From Flavihumibacter sp. (GTDB lineage Bacteria > Bacteroidota > Bacteroidia > Chitinophagales > Chitinophagaceae): 64,000 nt of DNA. The position numbers and the translations under genes were made by a program. The stretch lies in the NCBI GenBank assembly GCA_031553495.1, contig JAVBLN010000045.1, positions 10,174 through 74,173 of the forward strand. Reading direction: 5' to 3'. This document shows, one piece after another, positions 34,254 to 41,821 of this stretch (position 1 is the stretch's first letter; the number at the start of each line of letters is the position of its first letter). The notes under the pieces were generated by a model. The model ran no database searches. It was not told the origin of the DNA and worked only from the letters and a program-made list of their open reading frames with translations.

Positions 34254-34771
34254 TATCCAAAAATTCCGTGTTCAATACGACCTAATTCTTCCATTAAAAT
34301 CTCAATTCCCAAAGATGTATCTAAAAATTCTTTAGGCTTTTTATTTCCTAAAGACAATACAGGATCATTCATCCATTCTTTGAAAGCATTAAGGCTGCCA
34401 AATACTTCTTCGCCATAGCTGTAAAGGCGGGTAAGCTCTACAATGCGTTCCGATTGTTCGGAATTCAGAAGGGTATTATCGTTATATCTTCTCAACGTGC
34501 GATCGGTAGTATGCAGTATTTGCGCCATTTCATCGGTAGAAATATCGGTAAGCTCCATCAAGCGGTCTAAAGATCTTTTCTCAATTCCTTTTTTTATAAC
34601 GGTTATATAATCATGTTTGTTAGAAATACTTTTAAAAGGAAATGAACCCGAAAAATGTTGTACAAACATGCCCGGTCTTTTATTGTAGGAAACAGCCGCT
34701 TCTTTCACAATATTCTTCGATTCGGAATCTTCGGCGTTATACGTTTTCGTTTGTGTTACTTTTTTTGCCAT
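34253..34771 (-). CDS. Xre-like antitoxin with DUF2384 (MbcA/ParS-type) toxin-binding domain
   Basis: 172-aa ORF. C-terminal AFKEWMNDPVLSLGNKKPKEFLDTSLGIEILMEELGRIEHGIFG is DUF2384-like. It is translationally coupled to the RES gene. Confidence 0.75.
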   Translation of the reverse strand: MAKKVTQTKTYNAEDSESKNIVKEAAVSYNKRPGMFVQHFSGSFPFKSISNKHDYITVIKKGIEKRSLDRLMELTDISTDEMAQILHTTDRTLRRYNDNTLLNSEQSERIVELTRLYSYGEEVFGSLNAFKEWMNDPVLSLGNKKPKEFLDTSLGIEILMEELGRIEHGIFG

Positions 34772-34780
34772 CTCTTTTTA

Positions 34781-34853
34781 TTTTCTGTCCCAAATTTACG
34801 GACAAATGTCCGGGTTTTTTCTTTTTTCCTAATATTTTTTTTCTGTCGCAAAA
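34781..34853. promoter_or_regulatory. Candidate operator set upstream of the Xre-like antitoxin gene
   Basis: Palindrome CGGACAAATGTCCG (34799-34812) flanked by direct repeats ttttctgtcccaaat (34781-34795) and ttttctgtcgcaaaa (34839-34853). The first element begins 10 nt upstream of the antitoxin ATG (34771). Confidence 0.4.
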
Positions 34854-34889
34854 TGTAATTGTTATTTAGACATAATTTATGTTCATGCG

Positions 34890-34970
34890 TTTTTTTATGG
34901 GGTCAGCGGCAATGCTACTATCAGCAGCCGTTGCCACGCTCGCTTGTACAATTGTAATGCTATTGGGCGC
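34890..34970 (+). repeat. Repeat core unit, F orientation, diverged V1 (core GCCACGC)
   Basis: tttttttatggggtcagcggcaatgctactatcagcagccgttgccacgctcgcttgtacaattgtaatgctattgggcgc. Hairpin: CAGCGGC-AA-UGCU-ACUAUC-AGCA-GCCGUUG. Confidence 0.75.
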
Positions 34971-35044
34971 TGAATTTCGAACTTTCCTGCTAATTTTGGC
35001 AGTAAGCACTAATATTCTATTAATCTAATAAAACCGGTTTCACA

Positions 35045-36265
35045 TTGAATTTTTTATTCGCCTGGCGTTATTTCAAATCAAAAAAATCGACCAATGCTAT
35101 TAATGTAATAGCCTGGATCAGTGTGGTAGCCATTATGGTTGGAACCGCTTCTTTTATTGTAGTATTAAGTGTGTATAATGGCTTTGAAGACCTTGTAAAA
35201 TCATTGTACGCAACATTTTATACCGATCTGAAAGTTACACCGGCGCAAGGAAAAACGTTCTATCTGTCTCCGGAAAAAATAGCCGAAATTAAATCTCTAC
35301 CCGGTATCAAGTCTTATTCTTTAAATGTTGAGGAAAAAGCGCTAATGCGAAATGGCGAGTGGCAAAGCCTGGTATACCTGAAAGGTGTGGATACCAATTA
35401 TACCAAAGTAACTGGTGTAAAAAAACAACTGCGACGCGGAAGTTATAATCTTGGCACGGCCGAAAAGCCTTCCGCCATTTTAGGAGTGGGAATTGAAAAT
35501 GCCCTGGCTGTAGAATCGGACAAAGCATTACTGCCATTAACAGTGTATTTACCCAAAAAAGGAATAAGTATAGATGCTCTGGATCCGTTACAAAGCCTGG
35601 TTGCAGATAATATCAGCACATCTGGCGCTTTTGCCATTCAGGAAGATTTCGATAATAAATATGTAATCACCAACATAGGTTTTATGCAGCGCATGCTGAA
35701 CTTGCAACCTAATGAGTACAGCGCTGTTGAAATTTCCATAACCTCTCCAGGCGATGAAAGCAATACTAAAAAAAGCTTGCAAAAATTGCTTGGGCAGCAG
35801 TTTAAAGTACAAACCCGTTATGAGCAAAACCAAACATTTTTCTCCGCGATGGAATTGGAAAAATGGATCATTTACGCGGTGCTGTCGCTAATATTAATTG
35901 TGGCCGCTTTCACCATGATCGGATCGCTCACTATGCTTGTTTTGGAAAAACAAAAAGATATTCAAATTCTGAAAGCCCTAGGAACACCTGACAACAAAAT
36001 ACAAAGCATTTTTTTAAGCGAAGGCCTGCTTCTTGCATTTATTGGAGGTGTAAGCGGCGTCCTGCTTGCATTACTCATTTGTTTTGCACAAGAAAAACTA
36101 AAGATCATTTCGCTTGAAGGTGGCAGTTTCATTATAGATCATTATCCGGTAAAGCTTAACGCCTCAGACGTTATACTGGTTTTAATAACAGTCATTGTAG
36201 TTGCCGCACTTGCATCGTGGTTCCCTTCACGCAAGGCCTCACTGCAGCCGGTAGAACTTAGGTAA
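35045..36265 (+). CDS. FtsX-like ABC transporter permease (LolC/LolE family)
   Basis: 406-aa ORF with a TTG start (no nearby in-frame ATG). N-terminus FAWRYFKSKKSTNAINVIAWISV, a periplasmic MacB-like domain, and a C-terminal FtsX 3-TM bundle (ILKALGT...SRKASLQPVELR). Confidence 0.8.
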   Translation: MNFLFAWRYFKSKKSTNAINVIAWISVVAIMVGTASFIVVLSVYNGFEDLVKSLYATFYTDLKVTPAQGKTFYLSPEKIAEIKSLPGIKSYSLNVEEKALMRNGEWQSLVYLKGVDTNYTKVTGVKKQLRRGSYNLGTAEKPSAILGVGIENALAVESDKALLPLTVYLPKKGISIDALDPLQSLVADNISTSGAFAIQEDFDNKYVITNIGFMQRMLNLQPNEYSAVEISITSPGDESNTKKSLQKLLGQQFKVQTRYEQNQTFFSAMELEKWIIYAVLSLILIVAAFTMIGSLTMLVLEKQKDIQILKALGTPDNKIQSIFLSEGLLLAFIGGVSGVLLALLICFAQEKLKIISLEGGSFIIDHYPVKLNASDVILVLITVIVVAALASWFPSRKASLQPVELR

Positions 36266-36605
36266 TGTGAGAAAATTTGCACTCACCCGGATGCAAGCTT
36301 GCAGCACCTTGCACCATTCGCAGTATATCTCGCCTTATTTGGGCAACCATATTCCTAAATTTGGCAAATTTCACCATACATATTCAAATTTTTCATATTA
36401 ATTATAATTCATGTAAATAAATTATAATATTTCGATTATTAATATATTAAAATAAAAATCATTTAAATTTTTTGGTATTTAATTTGCAATTACTATTTTC
36501 CCTCAGAATAACCTAAATACGATTTTTTTTTGGAACAAACAATCATTTTTGAACAATGGTTATCCAACAGAAAGTATACTTTTGTACAGTAATCAATTAA
36601 ACCTT

Positions 36606-37751
36606 ATGTTTGATATAATTCTAAGTTTATCAATATCATTTGCAGTTTCTTATATGGCAATCCCCATTATTATTAAGGTTGCTAAAATAAAAAAGCTGTA
36701 CGATGAACCTGATGAACGCAAGGTGCATGTTACCCCAATTCCTTCTTTAGGAGGTCTGGGAATTTTTGCAGGATTTGTCTTTGGTTCTATGTTGAGTATC
36801 AATTTTTCGCAATCCAATGAAATGCAATATTTCATTGCAGCTACACTTGTAATATTTTTTCTTGGTATAAAAGATGACATCCTCATTCTTTCGCCAATAA
36901 AAAAGTTTATTGGCCAGGTGCTGGCGGCTTTCATTGTAATTTATAAGGGAGGAATTCAAATAAGCAGCATGCACGGCTTTCTTGGCATTTATGAGTTGCC
37001 GGAAATGTATAGTTTGCTGCTCACCTACTTTACAATTCTCGTTATAATTAATTCTTTTAATCTTATCGATGGTATTGATGGGCTTGCCGGAAGCCTGGGG
37101 CTCATGGTATCCGCAATGGTAGGCATTTATATGTGGCAAATTGGCGAAATGGCTTATTCAATATTAGCATTTTCGCTCTCTGGTGCACTGGTTGCGTTTC
37201 TCTTATTCAATTTTCAACCGGCAAAAATATTTATGGGCGACACCGGATCATTGCTCATAGGGCTGCTATGTTCAATTTTGGTCATTAAGTTTATAAATAT
37301 CGCCTCCACTTCAGTTATACCTATCAGCAGCACACCTGCAGTTGGTATAGCATTGTTATATATTCCACTGCTCGATACCTTAAGAGTATTTGCAATACGG
37401 ATGTTTAACAGAAGATCACCGTTCAGCGCAGATAGAAATCACATACACCACCTGCTGCTGGACATGGGGCTTTCCCATAAAAACATTGTGCTATCACTGG
37501 TATCGGCAAATGTGGTGGTAATAATTTTAACCGCATTTCTGTCCAACTATATTAATTGTACTTTTTTAATATTCGGTTTGGTTGCCCTTTTCTTTACAGC
37601 CGTTGGTTTATTGTACAAACTCAAAAAACCGGTATTATCTGTGGCTGGTCCGCAAAATAAAAATCCAAATAACATTCAGCCCATTCCAACAAAAGTGGTG
37701 CCCTTAACCAAAGATGCGGTCTTAGAACAACAACTTAGCGACACCATTTAA
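36606..37751 (+). CDS. Glycosyltransferase family 4 polyprenyl-phosphate sugar-1-phosphate transferase (WecA/MraY-like)
   Basis: The track ORF starts at TTG 36549; the first in-frame ATG is at 36606 (MFDIILSLSISF). KKLYDEPDERKVH, NSFNLIDGIDGLAG and FMGDTGSLLIG are hallmark motifs. Confidence 0.8.
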   Translation: MFDIILSLSISFAVSYMAIPIIIKVAKIKKLYDEPDERKVHVTPIPSLGGLGIFAGFVFGSMLSINFSQSNEMQYFIAATLVIFFLGIKDDILILSPIKKFIGQVLAAFIVIYKGGIQISSMHGFLGIYELPEMYSLLLTYFTILVIINSFNLIDGIDGLAGSLGLMVSAMVGIYMWQIGEMAYSILAFSLSGALVAFLLFNFQPAKIFMGDTGSLLIGLLCSILVIKFINIASTSVIPISSTPAVGIALLYIPLLDTLRVFAIRMFNRRSPFSADRNHIHHLLLDMGLSHKNIVLSLVSANVVVIILTAFLSNYINCTFLIFGLVALFFTAVGLLYKLKKPVLSVAGPQNKNPNNIQPIPTKVVPLTKDAVLEQQLSDTI

Positions 37752-37833
37752 GAACTGTTTTAGTAGGATATTTTGAATTCCGGCAGAAGCCTTTACCAGG
37801 ATCACCGTTATTTTATTTTGATCCTGCTGATTA

Positions 37834-37930
37834 CCACAGTTAATAATTGTTATACCGGCGGCGGTTTTTTATGGCATCATCGTTGCGTCGCATTCCGTTC
37901 ATCGGTAGTATTTCATGGCATCGTTGGGCC
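37834..37930 (+). repeat. Repeat core unit, F orientation, subtype V4 (core GCGTCGC)
   Basis: ccacagttaataattgttataccggcggcggttttttatggcatcatcgttGCGTCGCattccgttcatcggtagtatttcatggcatcgttgggcc. It is collinear with 60684-60780. Confidence 0.85.
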
Positions 37931-38078
37931 GAAGACACAACATTTCGCCAACAACTCTAACAGCGTCGAAGCCTTAGTAACTTAATGATCGATACGATTT
38001 GTAAGCAACATTTTTGCTTTTATTTACAAAAAGACTCATTTTTTCACATTAATTTGCAATCCATTAACTTACGCAATT

Positions 38079-38642
38079 ATGGCAGAAGAATTAACAATGA
38101 TTATGGATGATACGGATGCTTCCATGACAAAAGCAATAAAACATCTTGAAACCGAATTATTAAAGATACGGGCCGGCAAAGCCAATCCGCAAATACTAGA
38201 TGGTATATCTGTTGATTATTATGGCTCGCACACACCTCTTAACCAGGTGGCAAATGTTTCGGTACTGGATGCCCGCACATTAACCATTCAACCTTGGGAA
38301 AAAAACATGTTGCAGCCTATTGAAAGAGCAATTATAAACTCTAACATTGGGCTTACTCCACAAAACGATGGTGTTATTATTCGTCTTTTCCTGCCCCCGC
38401 TAACTGAGGAACGCCGCAAAGAATTTGTGAAAAAAGCGCATAATGAAGGCGAATTTTCAAAAGTTTCTATACGCAATATTAGAAGAGACGCCATCGAAAT
38501 GATTAAGAAACTACAAAAAGACGGCCTTAGCGAAGATGTGGCCAAAGACGCAGAAAAAGATGTGCAGGTACTAACTGATAAATTTATTGCACAGGTTGAA
38601 AAACACCTTGCCGGCAAAGAGAAAGAAATCATGTCGGTGTAA
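38079..38642 (+). CDS. frr: Ribosome recycling factor
   Basis: 187-aa ORF. LKIRAGKANPQILDGISVDYYGSHTPLNQVANVSV...IRNIRRDA is typical Frr. Confidence 0.95.
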   Translation: MAEELTMIMDDTDASMTKAIKHLETELLKIRAGKANPQILDGISVDYYGSHTPLNQVANVSVLDARTLTIQPWEKNMLQPIERAIINSNIGLTPQNDGVIIRLFLPPLTEERRKEFVKKAHNEGEFSKVSIRNIRRDAIEMIKKLQKDGLSEDVAKDAEKDVQVLTDKFIAQVEKHLAGKEKEIMSV

Positions 38643-38735
38643 AAGGCAACAGCCCCGTATTTTTATTTTATGTATTTATTATAAGTCTGTTTTTTAACAC
38701 AATCCTTGTAACCACACTGTGAGCGAATAAAATTG

Positions 38736-38765
38736 AAACCGGCTTTGCGGCCGGTTTTATTTATA
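38736..38765 (+). terminator. Rho-independent terminator of frr
   Basis: AAACCGGC-tttgcg-GCCGGTTT followed by TATTTAT; the stem runs directly into the T tract. Confidence 0.7.
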
Positions 38766-38830
38766 AAACCGATTTCATTATTTTTTTACTTGCCTATCCA
38801 TTGTGATAGAACCTGTTAAATTGTACTGAT

Positions 38831-38908
38831 GATTAGAATTACTACAGTACAAGTGAGTGACACAACCGGAGCATAATCAGGGCCCAGCCGCCGGTACCCA
38901 AATAATAA
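38831..38908 (-). repeat. Repeat core unit, R orientation (V1 tail, V2-type apex)
   Basis: gattagaattactacagtacaagtgagtgacacaaccggagcataatcagggcccagccgccggtacccaaataataa. Confidence 0.85.
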
Positions 38909-39158
38909 TCGCCAATTAATACCGGACTGATACATGGCAACACCCAAAACATTATGCCTGCATTGATTTCGGGAACTCAGTAAAACACAACTTTTGAAAG
39001 GTTTTTGAGTTATTTGCAAATAGTTTGCTTAATGGCTATCATTGCCATGGAACAGATGCGGAGATTGTGCAACCGACCGGGAAGGCTGAAGTAAAATCAG
39101 AACTATTCAACAAAGATTTTGTAATATATAATTATTCTTAAACCAATTAAAACTAAAC

Positions 39159-39575
39159 ATGATGGGATTTATCAAAGAATTTAAAGAATTTGCCATGAAG
39201 GGCAATGTAATGGATCTGGCAATTGCCGTGATTATTGGTGGGGCATTTGGTAAAATTGTTGACTCAATTGTAAATGATCTGTTCATGCCGCTTATTTCAA
39301 AAATATTGCTCCGCGGTATAAGTTTTACCGACAAATTTATTTCGCTTGACGGCTCACATTATGAAACATATGCAGATGCCAAAAAAGCAGGTGCAGCAAT
39401 TTTTGCCTGGGGAAATTTCATGCAGGTACTAATCAATTTCCTGATTATTGCCTTTGTGCTGTTTATGGTGGTAAAAGGCATGAATAAAGCAAGAAAACCC
39501 GCACCGGTGGCGCCTGCAGAACCATCTTCCACAGATAAATTGCTGATGGAAATAAGAGATTCCCTGAAAAAATAA
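39159..39575 (+). CDS. mscL: Large-conductance mechanosensitive channel
   Basis: 138-aa [40 protein letters not shown] is the MscL signature region. Confidence 0.9.
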   Translation: MMGFIKEFKEFAMKGNVMDLAIAVIIGGAFGKIVDSIVNDLFMPLISKILLRGISFTDKFISLDGSHYETYADAKKAGAAIFAWGNFMQVLINFLIIAFVLFMVVKGMNKARKPAPVAPAEPSSTDKLLMEIRDSLKK

Positions 39576-39657
39576 TTCAAGTAAGCTACAATATCACTAA
39601 TTATATAAGCAACTTTTTTTAAAAGAAAACTCTCATAGGTTAAACACATAAATCATT

Positions 39658-40590
39658 ATGAAAAAAATCATGGCGACCTGCTGCCTGGTTCTAATAACCG
39701 GCTGGCTCTTTGCACAAGATGAAACCATAAAAGGAATGCAGGCGGAAAGTAAAAGAACTGTAAGTAAAGATCCCAACGATACAACGAAGAAAACATGGAA
39801 AACAGGCGGATTGTTTGGAATAGATTTCGGGCAGACTTCATTAACAAACTGGGCAGCCGGCGGCGATAATCTTTCTCTCAATTTAAATTCCCTGTTAAGC
39901 CTGTATGCTTTTTATAAAAAGGAAAAACACACCTGGGATAATACACTAGACCTGGGCCTCGGATATGTAAAAACCACATCGCTGAGCACACGCAAAAGCA
40001 ATGATAAAATTGACCTGTATTCAAAATATGGTTATCAAATTGCACCTAAATGGTATGTGAGCGGGTTGCTCAATTTCCGTAGCCAGTTTACCGTTGGGTA
40101 TGAATATCCGACAAGCGATACCAAACAGAAGATCTCGAATTTCCTGTCGCCTGCAAACATTCTTCTTTCTCCCGGTATTGATTACAGGCCTAAGGATTAT
40201 TTCACTATTTTCATATCGCCTATAACCGCACGGTGGATAGTGGTTACAGATGCCGATCTTTCTGCAAAAGGAGCATATGGTGTAGATTCCGGAAAACATG
40301 TGCGTTCGGAAATTGGCGCATTTTTAACTGTTAACTACATGCATGATATTATGAAAAATGTAACCTATAAAGGAAGGCTTGATCTCTTTTCGAATTACAA
40401 AAAAAATCCTCAAAACGTGGACTTATATATGACCAACCTGGTGGTAATGAAGATCAACAAATTTTTATCGGCTACTGTTGCGCTGGATCTGATTTATGAC
40501 GATGACACCCGTATTTTTGGGCCAAACGAAAATGGCGCCCGCTTGCAAATACGTGAAAACGTGGGGGTTGGCCTCGCTTTAAAGTTTTAA
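39658..40590 (+). CDS. DUF3078-family outer-membrane beta-barrel protein
   Basis: 310-aa ORF. Signal peptide MKKIMATCCLVLITGWLFAQ. WKTGGLFGIDFGQTSLTNWAAGGDNLSLNLNSLL resembles DUF3078, and the rest shows an alternating beta-strand pattern. Confidence 0.6.
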   Translation: MKKIMATCCLVLITGWLFAQDETIKGMQAESKRTVSKDPNDTTKKTWKTGGLFGIDFGQTSLTNWAAGGDNLSLNLNSLLSLYAFYKKEKHTWDNTLDLGLGYVKTTSLSTRKSNDKIDLYSKYGYQIAPKWYVSGLLNFRSQFTVGYEYPTSDTKQKISNFLSPANILLSPGIDYRPKDYFTIFISPITARWIVVTDADLSAKGAYGVDSGKHVRSEIGAFLTVNYMHDIMKNVTYKGRLDLFSNYKKNPQNVDLYMTNLVVMKINKFLSATVALDLIYDDDTRIFGPNENGARLQIRENVGVGLALKF

Positions 40591-40621
40591 GAAACTTACT
40601 TAGCAAAAACTCTATTTTTGT

Positions 40622-40656
40622 AAGCCTGTTGAAATTTTCAACAGGCTTTATTACTT
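40622..40656 (+). terminator. Probable terminator downstream of the DUF3078 gene
   Basis: AAGCCTGTTGAA-att-TTCAACAGGCTT (12-bp stem) followed by the weak U tract TATTACTT. Confidence 0.5.
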
Positions 40657-40668
40657 AAAAAATACTAC

Positions 40669-41460
40669 GTGAGTCAACAACCAACATATCAAATTAAACT
40701 GCCGCAGTTTGAAGGCCCTTTTGATCTTTTGTTGTTTTTCATTGAAAGAGATGAACTGGATATATACAATATTCCCATTACCAAAATAATTAACGACTTT
40801 CTCGATTTTATACATTCTCAAGAGTCACTCAACATAGAGCTTTCCAGCGAATTTATTTTGTTTATTTCCACACTCATGCGCATTAAGGCAAAAATGCTAT
40901 TACCCAGAAAAGAGCTGGATGCGCAGGGAAATGAAATAGACCCGCGCCAGGAGCTTATTGATAAAATTCTTGAATACAAAAAATACAAACAGGCAGCCGC
41001 TGAAATGGCCGAAATGGAAGCCATCCGCATGCTGATGGTAAAGCGCGGCAACCTTCAAAAAGATCTATCAAGCATCGGCGAAGAAGCCGGCGAAGGCACC
41101 GAAATACAGGCAATTACACTTTTCAAACTAATGAAGGCTTTTGAAAAAGCCATGCAAAAAGTGTATGATCGTAATAATAAGCCTGTGCATACCGTGGAGC
41201 AATATAACTATACCATGGAGCGAAGCCGCGAATATATGCTGGAAACCGTTTCAAAGGAAAGAACCATGTCGTTTGAAAAAATATTTGAAATCTGCGAAAA
41301 CCGCATTCACGCTATTTTTCTTTTCCTCAGTATGCTGGAACTCGTACAAATGAAATACATGACCATTCTTGCCGGAGAAGGCAGAAACAATTTTATTGTA
41401 GAATTCAACGAAAACCGCGAAGAAGAAGACAATAATATCAATTTTGAATTGTTGACATAG
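40669..41460 (+). CDS. scpA: Segregation and condensation protein A
   Basis: 263-aa ORF with a GTG start. KLPQFEGPFDLLLFFIERDELDIYNIPITKI is the ScpA N-terminal signature. Confidence 0.85.
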   Translation: MSQQPTYQIKLPQFEGPFDLLLFFIERDELDIYNIPITKIINDFLDFIHSQESLNIELSSEFILFISTLMRIKAKMLLPRKELDAQGNEIDPRQELIDKILEYKKYKQAAAEMAEMEAIRMLMVKRGNLQKDLSSIGEEAGEGTEIQAITLFKLMKAFEKAMQKVYDRNNKPVHTVEQYNYTMERSREYMLETVSKERTMSFEKIFEICENRIHAIFLFLSMLELVQMKYMTILAGEGRNNFIVEFNENREEEDNNINFELLT

Positions 41461-41504
41461 CAGGCAACTGGCAGCAAGCATTCGCACAGTATAAAATTGT
41501 GCAA

Positions 41505-41740
41505 TTTTTTTTGGTATCAACGGTATTGCTACTATTTAGCATCGTTGTGTCACTCACTTGTGCGGTAGTAATTCTTTTCAGCAAGTTGAAGCATTCATGC
41601 GTAAATTTATACTGCGAATAGCATAGCGAGATCAATACATAAGAACACTACTGCATAATGTACAATAAAGAACAAACCGCTGAAGTGTGCGACGCAACAA
41701 AAGTTCAATAGTAGCAATGCAGCCGGGTCCATAAAAAAAA
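41505..41740. repeat. Inverted heterotypic doublet, 236 bp (F 41505-41582 V1; R 41663-41740 V3)
   Basis: ttttttttggtatcaacggtattgctactatttagcatcgttgtgtcactcacttgtgcggtagtaattcttttcagc ... caataaagaacaaaccgctgaagtgtGCGACGCaacaaaagttcaatagtagcaatgcagccgggtccataaaaaaaa. Same length and architecture as 53558-53793. Confidence 0.9.
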
Positions 41741-41821
41741 CACCTAAAAAATAACCTGTTCAAATATATTATCAACTCCGGCATCATGAAAACGATTGGC
41801 AGATAATTACAACCATACATC

